Assembly (NCBI GenBank): GCA_964586155.1
Contig: CAZPHC010000008.1
Location: 112,110 to 176,109, forward strand
Source: an uncultured Enterobacteriaceae bacterium
Lineage (GTDB): Bacteria > Myxococcota_A > UBA9042
Direction: 5' to 3'
Length of the DNA stretch: 64,000 bases
Each line of letters opens with the position of its first letter. The first letter of the stretch is position 1. The notes beneath the pieces were generated by a model. It had not been told where the DNA came from and searched no databases. It saw only the letters and a list, made by a program, of their open reading frames with translations. Positions 34,508 to 44,265 of this stretch are shown here, piece after piece. Both the position numbers and the translations under genes were made by a program.

Positions 34508-35662
34508 TCAGGGGCGCGCCTGCCAACCGCCGACCACGCGCGTGATCGCGTCGACGGCGCGGAGCAGCTCCGCCTGCTCGACGTACTCGTCGGCCTGATG
34601 CGCCACTTCGATCCGGCCCGGGCCGAAGATCAGCGGCGCGCAGCCGAGCAGCGCCAGGTTGCCGCCGTCGGTCGCGAACCCCGCGGTCCCGGTCTCGGCG
34701 CTGACGGCGCAGCCGCTGAGCGCGTGCTGCAGCGCCGTTCCCTCGGGCGTGCGCAGCGATGGCGTGACCCGCAGCAGCTCGCGGACCGCCGACGTCCCCG
34801 CCGGCAGCGCTGCGCCCGCGATCGCGCGATCGACGACCCCGAGCAGGCCGTCATGGCCGCAGCCCGGCGGCGGACGGAAGCCCAGGCGCAGCGTCGCGGC
34901 GTCTGGCACGATGTTGATGGCGTCGCCGCCGTGGATGCTGGCGATGTTGATCGGCACCGGCCCCAGTTCGGCGTTGGCGCCTTCGCTGCGAGCCGCGGCG
35001 TCGAGGTCGGGCCCGGCCGCCATCAGCGCTTCGGCGATGCGCGCCGCCGCGAGCACGGCGTTGGCGCCGAGCTCCGGGTACGCCGAGTGCGCCGCCTGGC
35101 CGCGGCAGGCGACCTCGACCGCGACGTGCCCGGCGTGCTGGCGCAAGATGCGCATGCCCGTGGGTTCGCCGATCCAGCACGCGCTCGGCAGCCGCGCCTG
35201 GCGCGCCAGCAGCGCCTGCGCCAGCTTGGCCGATCCGCGGCAGCCGATCTCCTCGTCGTGGGTCCAGACCAGCACCAGCTGGTGACGCAGGTTGCGCAGC
35301 GGCAGGCCGGCGAGGGCGCTGAGCGTCGCGGCGATGAAGCCCTTCATGTCGGCGCTGCCGCGCGCGTGCAGGCGGCCAGCGCGGTCGGTGAGCTTGAACG
35401 GGTCGCTGGTCCAAGGCTGGCCCTCGGTCGGCACGACGTCGGTGTGGCCCGAGAGCACGAGCCCGTCGGCGTCGTCCGGGCCCGCGCGGCAGATCAGCGT
35501 CGCCTTGCCGGCCTCCTCGGGGTCCTCGAAGCGCTCGATGGTGAAGCCGAGCGCCTCGCACCGCTCCGCCAGGAAGGCGATCAACGCCAGGTTCGGCCGG
35601 CTCGACACCGTCGGGAACGCGACCAACGTCGCGAGATCGTCGACCACGGAGGGCTGGATCAT
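34508..35662 (-). CDS. argE: M20 family peptidase, acetylornithine deacetylase-like
   Basis: MIQPSVVDDLATLVAFPTVS...LSGHTDVVP...WTSDPF...RGSADMKGF...THDEEIG... Confidence 0.8.
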   Translation of the reverse strand: MIQPSVVDDLATLVAFPTVSSRPNLALIAFLAERCEALGFTIERFEDPEEAGKATLICRAGPDDADGLVLSGHTDVVPTEGQPWTSDPFKLTDRAGRLHARGSADMKGFIAATLSALAGLPLRNLRHQLVLVWTHDEEIGCRGSAKLAQALLARQARLPSACWIGEPTGMRILRQHAGHVAVEVACRGQAAHSAYPELGANAVLAAARIAEALMAAGPDLDAAARSEGANAELGPVPINIASIHGGDAINIVPDAATLRLGFRPPPGCGHDGLLGVVDRAIAGAALPAGTSAVRELLRVTPSLRTPEGTALQHALSGCAVSAETGTAGFATDGGNLALLGCAPLIFGPGRIEVAHQADEYVEQAELLRAVDAITRVVGGWQARP

Positions 35663-35699
35663 CGTCGCTCCTGGTGCGCGGGCGCGGCACGCCCTGGCG

Positions 35700-36485
35700 C
35701 TACCAATACTTCTCGAGGTGGATCTGGCCCGGGCGGTGCGGTCGGTGCAGCTGCAGCCCACGCGCCAGCAGCCGCTCGCGCATGTCGTCGAGCATCGCCG
35801 GGTTGCCGCAGAGCATGACCTGGCTATGCCCGGGGTCGAGCGCAACGCCGGCGGCCTGTTCGATCCGGCCGTCGTCGAGCGCGTGGGTCACGCGGCCCGC
35901 GATCACGCCCTCGACGCTGTCGCGGCTGGTCGTCGGCAGGTACACGAGCCGGCCGGCCGAGGCCGCGACCAGGCCCTGCAGCTCGTCGCGATAGCCGAGG
36001 TCGACCGCGTGGCGCACGGTGTGCACCACGATCACCCGCTCGAACGTCGCCCACGGCGCGCTGGCCCGCAGCATCGACAAGAACGGCGCCAGGCCGGTGC
36101 CGGTGCCGATCAGCCAGAGATCTCGGGCGGCCGGGACGCGCTCGAGCGTGAATTTGCCGCGCGGCTGCGACCACGCGCGGATCGGCGCGTCGATGCAGAG
36201 GTCGAACAAGCAGGGCGAGAGCGCGCCGTTCTCGACGCAGGCAAGGAAGAGCTCGAGCGGCTGGCCCGGCGCCGAGGCGATGGAGTAGTGGCGCTGGATC
36301 AGCTCGCCGTCGCGGTCGCGGGCCAGGGTGCAGTACTGGCCGGGGCGGAACGGCGCGCTCCAGCCGTCAAAGGTCAGGCTGGCGAGGTCCGGCGCCCAGT
36401 CACGGCGCGCGCGCAGCGTCAGGTCGATCCAGGTCGGGGCGTCGTCGGTCGCTGCGGCGGACGGATCTCTCGGCTCCTGCTCCAT
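35700..36485 (-). CDS. fpr: ferredoxin-NADP+ reductase
   Basis: ATG at 36485 follows GGGGAGG. Motifs are RHYSIAS and LIGTGTGLAPF, with the C-terminal EKYW typical of Fpr. Confidence 0.9.
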   Translation of the reverse strand: MEQEPRDPSAAATDDAPTWIDLTLRARRDWAPDLASLTFDGWSAPFRPGQYCTLARDRDGELIQRHYSIASAPGQPLELFLACVENGALSPCLFDLCIDAPIRAWSQPRGKFTLERVPAARDLWLIGTGTGLAPFLSMLRASAPWATFERVIVVHTVRHAVDLGYRDELQGLVAASAGRLVYLPTTSRDSVEGVIAGRVTHALDDGRIEQAAGVALDPGHSQVMLCGNPAMLDDMRERLLARGLQLHRPHRPGQIHLEKYW

Positions 36486-36516
36486 CGCGACCTCCCCGCC
36501 GCTTCGCGGCGTCTGC

Positions 36517-37203
36517 TCAGGCCAACCAGAGCGCTCCGGCCCAGAGCGCGAAGCCGGCCACCGCCGTGCCCAGCCACGGCAGCGCCGCCCGCTGCATCGC
36601 GCCGTCGCCGTCGAATCCACGAGCCCAGGCCATGCCCAGGCCGCCGAGCCAGGCGACGAACCCGAGCGCCACCAGCAGCGCCAGCCAGCCAGGCACGCCG
36701 ACCGGGCGAGCGAAATCGGCCTGCAGCCGCGCTTGCAGCTGCGCCTTGTCGCGGCCGTCACCGCGGCGTTCGGCGACGCGCAGCAGCAAGCCCGGCAGCC
36801 GCGTGTTGGCCTCGGCCAGCAGGTCCGCGTGCGGCTGCCACAACGAGCGCGAGGCGATCAGGCCCGAGCGCAGCGCGTCGAGCGCGAACGCGGCCCGTTC
36901 GGGGCGCTGGGCCTCGGCTTCGTTGGCGATGCGCAGCAAGGCAGCGGCGGCGTCGCCGTCGCGCGGGCCGAACGGCGTCGTCCAGCGCAGCGTCCAGCGG
37001 TACTCGGCGATCGCGCGCTCGGGCAGGCCGGCGGCCTCGGCCGCGACGGCGCGCTCGTAGGCGCCGAGCTGCTCCCAGGTGGCGCGGCCGATCATCGCCG
37101 CCAGCACCAGCACCAGCGCCAGCAGCGGGAACCGCCAGCGCCGCCAACCCGCGGCCTGCGGGCGCTGGGGAGGTGTGTCGCTGGCGGTCTCGGACGGGGT
37201 CAT
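36517..37203 (-). CDS. hypothetical membrane protein
   Basis: ATG at 37203. One N-terminal TM segment (WRFPLLALVLVLAAMIG) and two C-terminal TM segments. No recognised family. Confidence 0.6.
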   Translation of the reverse strand: MTPSETASDTPPQRPQAAGWRRWRFPLLALVLVLAAMIGRATWEQLGAYERAVAAEAAGLPERAIAEYRWTLRWTTPFGPRDGDAAAALLRIANEAEAQRPERAAFALDALRSGLIASRSLWQPHADLLAEANTRLPGLLLRVAERRGDGRDKAQLQARLQADFARPVGVPGWLALLVALGFVAWLGGLGMAWARGFDGDGAMQRAALPWLGTAVAGFALWAGALWLA

Positions 37204-37309
37204 GGACGTTCGCCTCGGGCGCGATGGGCGGTGCGCGCGTGGCCAGCATCGCCCACGGCGCGAGCGGCGTCCAGGGCGAGCGCGCGGGCCCGATCGGCCC
37301 GACGCCAGG

Positions 37310-37378
37310 GCCTGCAAGGTGCCAGACGTCTTGCGGCGGCGGCCTGCAAGGCCTGCAAGGTGCCAGACGTCTTGCGGC
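37310..37378. promoter_or_regulatory. two identical 28-mers (GCCTGCAAGGTGCCAGACGTCTTGCGGC) 41 nt apart in a divergent promoter region
   Basis: The copies lie at 37310-37337 and 37351-37378, with a partial GCCTGCAAG between them. Each contains the 8-bp palindrome AGACGTCT and GCAAG...CTTGC arms. They sit 31 nt upstream of the GNAT ATG. Confidence 0.6.
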
Positions 37379-37408
37379 TCGCGGCGCGCCCCGGCAGGCT
37401 AGTGGCCC

Positions 37409-37987
37409 ATGTCTGCCGCCTTCACCGTTCGTACGCTGCTGCCCGCCGACCTGCCCCGTGTGGCCCACCTCGCCGACCGGCTGATCGGCCGTGGCTATTG
37501 GACGGTGGAGGCGCTGCAAGAGGCCTTGGACGCCGCGACCATCGACGGGGTGGTCTGCTGCCACCTGGCCGAGGCGGCAGACGGCACGCTGCTCGGCTTC
37601 CGCCTGGCCCAGCCGCCGGGGGCGTGGTCGAGCGGCCGCGGCGAGGCGCTTGCGTCGGAGCGTTGGCCATTCCCGCTGGAGCGCGCGGGCTACTTCCAGT
37701 CGGCCTGGGTCGCGCCGAGCGCGCGCGGCCTCGGCGTCGGCGCCGCGATGGCCCAGGCGGCGATCGCGGATCTGCGTCGCCTGGGCGCTGCGGGCGTCGT
37801 CACCCACAGCTGGAAGGAGTCGCCGCAGGGCAGCTCCCGGCGCTACCTCGAGCGGCTCGGTTTTGTCGCCGTGGCCGAACACCGCGACTATTGGATCGAC
37901 GTCGACTATACCTGCAGCCGCGACGGACGGCCCTGTCGCTGCACGGCGATCGAGATGGTGCTGCCACTCGACGCGGAGGTTCCATGA
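37409..37987 (+). CDS. GNAT family N-acetyltransferase
   Basis: MSAAFTVRTLLPADLPRV...YFQSAWVAPSARGLGVGAAMAQAAI..L...G. The stop overlaps the next ATG (ATGA). Confidence 0.8.
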   Translation: MSAAFTVRTLLPADLPRVAHLADRLIGRGYWTVEALQEALDAATIDGVVCCHLAEAADGTLLGFRLAQPPGAWSSGRGEALASERWPFPLERAGYFQSAWVAPSARGLGVGAAMAQAAIADLRRLGAAGVVTHSWKESPQGSSRRYLERLGFVAVAEHRDYWIDVDYTCSRDGRPCRCTAIEMVLPLDAEVP

Positions 37988-39150
37988 CCGTTCCCTACTG
38001 GCTCGACCGCAGCGCAGAGCAAGGCGACGTCGAGGTCGACGTGCTTGTCATCGGGGCCGGGATCTCGGGCTGCTCGACGGCCTACTTCCTGCGCGACCAG
38101 GGCCTGCGCGTCGCGGTCGTCGACAAGGGCGACCTCGCCAGCGGCGCCAGCGGCCGCAACGCCGGGTTCGTCACCTGCGGCTCGGTGGAGCACTACACGC
38201 GCCAGGTCAGCAAGCACGGGCCGGAGCTGGCCCACGACCTGTGGACGCTGTCGCAGCGCAACCTGGAGCTGATCCGCGACGGCTTTGTCGCCGAGGGTGG
38301 CGTGGAGTGCGACTTCGCCCAGCGCGGCACCTACTCGCTGGCCGGCACCGCGCACGAGATGGTCGAGCTGCGGGCGGCGGCGGCGTTGATGGCCGAGCGT
38401 GGCATCGGCGTGACGGTCGTCGACGAGGACCACATCGCCAAGGAGCTTGGCGCGCGGGGGTTCTTTGGCGGCGTGCTCTACCACGACGACGGCGAGGTCA
38501 ACCCGGCCAAGCTGGTGCGCGGCATCGCCCGGCTGAGCGGCGCGGACTTCTACCTGCACCACGAAGTCCGCGGCATGCAGGTCCAGGCCGACGACTCGGT
38601 CGTGGTCCAGACCTCGCAGCGGCGTTTTGTCGCCTCGTTCGTCGTGCTGGCGACCAACGGCTACTCGTCGCAGGTGCACCCCTACTTCGAGGGCAAGATC
38701 TACCCGACGCGGGGCCAGATCTTGGTGACGGCGCCGGTGCCGAAGCTGATCGCCGCGCCGTGCTACTGCAATTTCGTGCTCGACTACTTCCGCCAGCTCG
38801 CCGACGGCCGCGTCCTGATCGGCGGCTTCCGCCAGCTGGCGCGCGAGACCGAGGTCGGCACCTCGGACGCGCCGAACCCGGAGATCCACGCCGCGCTCGA
38901 GCGCTTCCTGCACGAGCACTTCGAGTCGCTGCGCGGCGTGCCGGTGGACTACCGCTGGGCCGGAACGATGGGCTTCTCGGCCGACGGCCTGCCGCTGCTC
39001 GGCGCGCTGCCGACGGCGCCGCAGATCTACGTGATCGGCGGCTTCACCGGCCACGGCATCGGCATGGCGGTGCGCTGCGCCGAGATGCTCGTCGGCGTGA
39101 TGCTGCGCGGCGAGTCGGTGGGCGCGCTCTCGGCGCGGCGGCTCGGCTGA
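37984..39150 (+). CDS. FAD-dependent oxidoreductase (DAO family)
   Basis: DVLVIGAGISGCSTAYFL...ASGRNAG... It is about 388 aa and translationally coupled to the GNAT gene. Confidence 0.85.
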   Translation: MTVPYWLDRSAEQGDVEVDVLVIGAGISGCSTAYFLRDQGLRVAVVDKGDLASGASGRNAGFVTCGSVEHYTRQVSKHGPELAHDLWTLSQRNLELIRDGFVAEGGVECDFAQRGTYSLAGTAHEMVELRAAAALMAERGIGVTVVDEDHIAKELGARGFFGGVLYHDDGEVNPAKLVRGIARLSGADFYLHHEVRGMQVQADDSVVVQTSQRRFVASFVVLATNGYSSQVHPYFEGKIYPTRGQILVTAPVPKLIAAPCYCNFVLDYFRQLADGRVLIGGFRQLARETEVGTSDAPNPEIHAALERFLHEHFESLRGVPVDYRWAGTMGFSADGLPLLGALPTAPQIYVIGGFTGHGIGMAVRCAEMLVGVMLRGESVGALSARRLG

Positions 39151-39238
39151 CGAGGCCGGCCCGACCGGGTCGATCCAGTTCCAAGGGCGGGCGCAGCCTG
39201 CTACGCTCACGCCGGCCTGCGCGCAGCGACGACGGGCC

Positions 39239-42200
39239 TTGCGAGGCGGCGTGCGACGGGACGAAGACCAGGAGCCTCGGCCAGACGAGGCAGCGCCGGA
39301 GCCAGAGCGGCGCGACGGCGTCACCCGCGTCCAGCGGTTCCGTACCACTGCGGGCTTCGACAGCGCCGAGGTCGACCGCGCCCTGCACCCTCGACGGCTC
39401 AGCGAAGCGGACGTCGCCCACTACGACGCGGTCCACGAGCAGGTGGTCGACGCCGCGGCCAGGCCCGGGACGCGCGCGCCCTCGCGGGTCGTGCTCGACG
39501 ACGACGTCACGCGCATCGGCGCCACCCTGGACGAGCTCGCGCCGCAGACGCGGGGCAACACCGCCGCCGACGCGCTGCGCAACCTGACGGCCGCGCCGAT
39601 GCTGCCCGGCGATGGCGACGCCCCGGCGGCGGTCGGTGCCGAGCATCCGGGCCGCTACGTCGACGTCGACGTGCTCGGGCGCGGCGGCATGGGCGAGGTC
39701 CTGCGCGTCACCGACACGTTCCTGGGCCGCGACGTCGCGCTCAAGCGCCTGTTGCCGAGCCACGCCGGCAGCCCCGAGCACGTGATGGCGCTGCGCCGCG
39801 AGGCCCGGATCATCGGCGGCCTCGAGCATCCCACGATCATCCCGGTGCACGAGGTCGGCACCCGCCTGGACGGCGCGCCCTACTACACGATGAAGCTGAT
39901 GCCCAACACCAACCTGGGGCAGGTCATCGAGCTGCTGCGGCTGGGCGATCGCGACGTCGTCGAGCGCTACGACCTGCGCCGGCTGGTGGTGATCTTCGTC
40001 GCCGTGGCCCAGGGCCTCGAGTACGCCCACAGCAAGGGCGTCGTGCACCGCGACCTGAAGCCCGAGAACGTGCTGCTCGGCGAGTTCGGTGAGGTGCAGA
40101 TCGCCGACTGGGGCATCGCCAAGCGCATGGGCGTCAACAACGCCTCGGCCGAGGGCTTCATCGTCGGCACGGCGTCGTACATGAGCCCCGAGCAGGCCTC
40201 GGGTCGCGACTCGATGGTCGATCACCGCAGCGACATCTACTCGCTGGGCGTGATGCTCTACGAGGTGCTGGCGCTGCGGCGGCCCTTCGGCGGCGAGACC
40301 TCGGAGCAGCAGCTCGAGGCGACGCGCTCGCTGACGCCGCTGCCGCCGTCGGTCGTGGCCCGCGATCGCGAGGTGCCGGCCGAGCTCGAGGGCCTGGTGC
40401 TGCAGATGCTGGCGAAGCATCCCTCGCAGCGGCCGCAGACGATGCGCGAGGTCTGGAGCGCGCTCGAGCGCTTCCTCGCCGGCGTCGCCGAGCGCGAGCG
40501 GCGGCGGCTGCGCGCCAACGAGGCCTACCACAAGGCGCTCGAAGAGCTCGGCCGCTACGAGGCGATGGCGGCGCAGCGCGACTATCTGCGCCAGGAGGAG
40601 GAGCACCTCTCGCGCATCGTGCGGCCTTGGGACGATCGCGGCCAGCGGCAACAGCTGCAGCAGCTGCGCCACCGGCTCGCCGTGCTCGACGTGTTGTACG
40701 CCCACGCCTTCGGTACGGTGACGAGCTTGCTGCGCGACGCGATCGAGGCGGTCGATCACGCCGAGGCGCGCCGCCGCCTGATCGAGCTGTACTGGGCGCG
40801 CCACGACGAGGCCGAAGCGCGCCAGGACGCCGCGACCAAGCTGTTTTTTGCCCGCCTGGCCCACGAGCTCGAGGAGCGCGGCGCCGAGCCGACGCGCATG
40901 GGCTTGCTGCAGATCCGCAGCCAGCCGTCCGGGGCGACCGTGTTCGCGGTGCCGTTCTCGGAGTACAGCGACGGCAACACGCTCTCGGCGAGCTGGGAGA
41001 TCGGCAAGACGCCGATCCTGGACGCGCGCCTGCCGGTCGGCCCGTACGTGCTGGTCGCCCGGATCGCCGGCCACCAGGACGCGCAAGAGACGTTCTACAT
41101 CCGCGAGCAGACCCACCACCTGCTGCTGCTCTGCGACCCGTGGACCAGCGACTTCCCGCTCGTCGGCCGCGAGGTCGAGCTCGGCCGGCTCTGGGCGCTG
41201 ATCGACGACATCGAGGTGCGCAGCCGGCCGCTGACCTGCCTGGTGTCGGGCGCCGCCGGCATGGGCAAGAACATGCTGCTCGACGCCTTCCGCAGCGAGG
41301 TGAAGGCGCACCCCGGCAAGCTCTACAACCTGCTCGAGGTGACGTGCGCGCCGCTGCGCCGCGACGTGCCGTGGGCGGTGGCGGTGGAGCTGATCCGCTC
41401 GCGCGCGGGCGTGCTGGCCGCCGACAGCGCCGATGTGGTGCGCGACAAGGTGCGGCGCATGGTGATGGTCGCGTTCTCGCGCTTTGGCCGGCGCAAGATC
41501 GGCGACGTCGAGCAGGGTGAGGCCTTCGCCTGCGCCGACACGATCTGCGCGCTGCCGGCGTTCGACCTCGAAGATCCGGCCCGCCGCGCGGTGCACGACG
41601 AGATGACCGAGGCCGGGCGCCTGGCGCTGGTCCACGCGCTGGCCAACTTCTTCCAGCGCCTCGCCGTCAGCGCGCCGGTGCTGATGCTGGTGCGCAACGC
41701 CCAGTTCATGGACAGCGCCAGCCGCGACTTCTTGCGCGACTTGACGGTGTTGGTGCAGGGCGCGCCGATCTTGATCGTGGCGACGTCGTCCGAGCTCGAC
41801 CGCGACGAGCCGACGCGGCCCGGATTGACGCGCCGATCGGGCGCTGTCGACGCGCCGCTCGACTTCGACGAGCACCTGCACCTCGAGCCGCTGCGGCCGC
41901 TCGCGGTCGACCAGCTGGTGCGGCAGCTGCTGAGCGCGCCGGTCAACCACAAGCTGCTGGCGTGGATCCGCGAGCACGCCGGCGGCAACCCCTTCCTCGC
42001 CGCCGAGACGATCGCGGTGCTGGCGCAGCGCGGCGCGATGGTCTTCGAGTCGGGCGAATGGCGCCTGGAGCGGGCGCAGCTGCCCGAGTTCGAGCGCGGC
42101 GAGATCGAGGCCGCGGTGCGCCTGCTGCTGATGACGTTGCCCGAGCCGGTGCGCGAGATGTTGTCGCTGGCCGTCGTCGTCGGCCGCGTGTTCTGGGACG

Positions 42201-42679
42201 GCGCGGTGCGGGCGCTCGGCGTGAAGGACCTCGACGCCGCGCTGGACCTGCTGATCGAGCGCGGCTTCGTCACGCGCAACGCGACCTGCCGCTACCGCAA
42301 CGAGACCGAGTATCGCCTGACGTCGTCGCTGCGCTGGCGCGTCGCCTACGATCTGCAGCCGCCCGCCGTGCGGCGGACTGCGCACCGCAAGGTCGCGGCG
42401 TGGATGATGAAACAGGGACGCACCGACCTCGAGGAGAGCCTGGCGATGTCCTGGCACCTCGAGATGGGCGGCCAGCCCGAAGAGGCGGCGTTGCTGCTGC
42501 TGCGCGCGGCGCGTGCGGCGCAGACGGTCGGCGCGTTCGAGGAGGCGGCGCGCATGTTCACCCGCGCCCACGTCCTCAGCGACGATCCGGCCACCCAGGA
42601 CGCCGCCGAGCTCGCCTTGCGCGCGCTGCAGCTGCGGATCGGCGAGCGCCGTCGTCGTCGTCGCGAGACGCTCTACTGA
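39239..42679 (+). CDS. Ser/Thr kinase fused to a PEGA-like domain, AAA/STAND ATPase and helical repeats (start uncertain)
   Basis: GRGGMGEVLRV...ALKRL...HRDLKPENVLL...DWG...GTASYMSPE. Then LLQIRSQPSGATVF...GKTPI. Then the P-loop VSGAAGMGKN. The track start at 39239 is TTG. Confidence 0.85.
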   Translation: MRGGVRRDEDQEPRPDEAAPEPERRDGVTRVQRFRTTAGFDSAEVDRALHPRRLSEADVAHYDAVHEQVVDAAARPGTRAPSRVVLDDDVTRIGATLDELAPQTRGNTAADALRNLTAAPMLPGDGDAPAAVGAEHPGRYVDVDVLGRGGMGEVLRVTDTFLGRDVALKRLLPSHAGSPEHVMALRREARIIGGLEHPTIIPVHEVGTRLDGAPYYTMKLMPNTNLGQVIELLRLGDRDVVERYDLRRLVVIFVAVAQGLEYAHSKGVVHRDLKPENVLLGEFGEVQIADWGIAKRMGVNNASAEGFIVGTASYMSPEQASGRDSMVDHRSDIYSLGVMLYEVLALRRPFGGETSEQQLEATRSLTPLPPSVVARDREVPAELEGLVLQMLAKHPSQRPQTMREVWSALERFLAGVAERERRRLRANEAYHKALEELGRYEAMAAQRDYLRQEEEHLSRIVRPWDDRGQRQQLQQLRHRLAVLDVLYAHAFGTVTSLLRDAIEAVDHAEARRRLIELYWARHDEAEARQDAATKLFFARLAHELEERGAEPTRMGLLQIRSQPSGATVFAVPFSEYSDGNTLSASWEIGKTPILDARLPVGPYVLVARIAGHQDAQETFYIREQTHHLLLLCDPWTSDFPLVGREVELGRLWALIDDIEVRSRPLTCLVSGAAGMGKNMLLDAFRSEVKAHPGKLYNLLEVTCAPLRRDVPWAVAVELIRSRAGVLAADSADVVRDKVRRMVMVAFSRFGRRKIGDVEQGEAFACADTICALPAFDLEDPARRAVHDEMTEAGRLALVHALANFFQRLAVSAPVLMLVRNAQFMDSASRDFLRDLTVLVQGAPILIVATSSELDRDEPTRPGLTRRSGAVDAPLDFDEHLHLEPLRPLAVDQLVRQLLSAPVNHKLLAWIREHAGGNPFLAAETIAVLAQRGAMVFESGEWRLERAQLPEFERGEIEAAVRLLLMTLPEPVREMLSLAVVVGRVFWDGAVRALGVKDLDAALDLLIERGFVTRNATCRYRNETEYRLTSSLRWRVAYDLQPPAVRRTAHRKVAAWMMKQGRTDLEESLAMSWHLEMGGQPEEAALLLLRAARAAQTVGAFEEAARMFTRAHVLSDDPATQDAAELALRALQLRIGERRRRRRETLY

Positions 42680-42730
42680 GCGGGGGGCGACGAGCGCGCG
42701 GCGACCACGAACCGCGCAGAGGAGGCAGCG

Positions 42731-43291
42731 GTGGATCAAGCAGGAGCCGATGACAGCCCACCGCTGCCGCCGAACGTGCAGATCCGCCCGGTGCGCACCA
42801 GCGATGCTGCCGCGCTGTGCAGCTTCAAGCGCGTCGTGCTGACCGAGACCGAGTTCCTGCTGCAGGGGCGCGAGGATTGGGTCGACGACGTCGCCGCCGA
42901 GCGCGGCCTGATCGACGCGTTCTTGCAGCATTCGCGCAGCATCCTGCTGGTCGCGGTCGAGCAGACGGCGGCCGGCGCCGCGATCGTCGGCATGTGCTCG
43001 GTCGTCGGCGGGCCGTATGTGCGCAACGCCCACGTCGGCCAGCTCGGCATGGCGGTGCGGCGCAGCCATTGGCGCACGGGCATCGGCCGCGGCCTGCTGC
43101 AGACCTGCCTGCGCTGGTGCGGCGCGCCGGGGCGGCTGCGCAAGGTCACGCTGCAGGTCCACGTCGACAACGCCCCGGCGCGTCGGCTCTACGAGTCGAG
43201 CGGGTTCATCGTCGAGGGCCACCTGCACGGCGAGGCCATCATCAACGGCAAGCTCGTCGACCTGTTGACGATGGGCCGGTTCGTGCCCTGA
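42731..43291 (+). CDS. GNAT family N-acetyltransferase
   Basis: IRPVRTSDAAAL...GQLGMAVRRSHWRTGIGRGLL...VHVDNAPARRLYESSGF. Confidence 0.8.
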   Translation: MDQAGADDSPPLPPNVQIRPVRTSDAAALCSFKRVVLTETEFLLQGREDWVDDVAAERGLIDAFLQHSRSILLVAVEQTAAGAAIVGMCSVVGGPYVRNAHVGQLGMAVRRSHWRTGIGRGLLQTCLRWCGAPGRLRKVTLQVHVDNAPARRLYESSGFIVEGHLHGEAIINGKLVDLLTMGRFVP

Positions 43292-43322
43292 GCCTGGCCG
43301 CCCGGCCCTGCGGAGATCCTCG

Positions 43323-44027
43323 ATGCCCGAGCTGCCGACCACGGACGTCACCCCGAATCTGTGGGCCCCGTACCTGCGGGCCACGTCGTTCCTCGACTTC
43401 GACCATCCGGCGGTCGCGGCGTTCGTCCGGGCCCACAGCCTCGACGCTGGCGCGAGCGCCATCGAGCGCGCCGTCTCGCTCTACTACGCCGTCCGTGACG
43501 GTTACCGGTACAGCCCGTGGAACGTCGCCAGCACGCCGGCCGGGTTCGCCGCCAGCGTCGTCGTCGCCCGCGACGAGGCCGACGGCGCGCACTGCGTCGA
43601 CAAGGCCGTGCTGCTCGCTGCCTGCTGTCGCGCCATCGGCATCCCGAGCCGGCTGCATTTCGCCAACGTGCGCAACCACGTCGGCACCGCAGAGCTGGAG
43701 CGCCAGCTCGGCACGGACCTGCTGGTCTACCACGGCTACTGCGAGCTCTACCTCGAGGACCGCTGGGTCGCGGCGACGCCGGCGTTCAACCGGGCGCTGT
43801 GCGAGCGTCTCGGCGTCGCGCCGCTCGACTTCGACGGCCGCCACGACAGCGTGTTCCAGGCCTACGACCGCCAGGCTGGCCGCTTCATGGAGTACGTCGA
43901 CGACCACGGTTGCCACGCCGACGTGCCCTACGAGGCGATGGTCGCGGCGTGGAAGCGCCACTACCCCAAGTTCGCCGCGATGGGGGCCTGGCCGCGGCCC
44001 GGGGCGGCGCCCTTGCCGGGGGCGTGA
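43323..44027 (+). CDS. transglutaminase-like cysteine peptidase superfamily protein
   Basis: GAHCVDKAVLLAACCRAIGIPSRL...YHGYCELYLEDRWV matches the Cys-His core pattern of transglutaminase-like domains. Confidence 0.7.
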   Translation: MPELPTTDVTPNLWAPYLRATSFLDFDHPAVAAFVRAHSLDAGASAIERAVSLYYAVRDGYRYSPWNVASTPAGFAASVVVARDEADGAHCVDKAVLLAACCRAIGIPSRLHFANVRNHVGTAELERQLGTDLLVYHGYCELYLEDRWVAATPAFNRALCERLGVAPLDFDGRHDSVFQAYDRQAGRFMEYVDDHGCHADVPYEAMVAAWKRHYPKFAAMGAWPRPGAAPLPGA

Positions 44028-44157
44028 GTGGGCGACGCGAGCATGACCTCTGACGAGCGCCTTCGACTCGCGTCGCCGGGCCTGTGCGACGCAAGTTGTG
44101 ATGCGGTTCAGCCTCGAGGTTGGTTGCGCGCTGTGTCGTGGCCGCTGAGAGAAGATC

Positions 44158-44190
44158 GTGCGATCGCGCGATCGCACTTCGTCCTTGACA
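44158..44190. promoter_or_regulatory. perfect 20-bp palindrome followed by TTGACA upstream of the metzincin gene
   Basis: GTGCGATCGC/GCGATCGCAC at 44158-44177, with TTGACA at 44185-44190, about 75 nt upstream of the ATG at 44266. Confidence 0.4.
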
Positions 44191-44265
44191 GGCGACGCGC
44201 CAGATTCGACTCTCGCAGACGAGCCCGACAAGATTTGGACATTCGGCCCTGACGCGGAGGATGCG

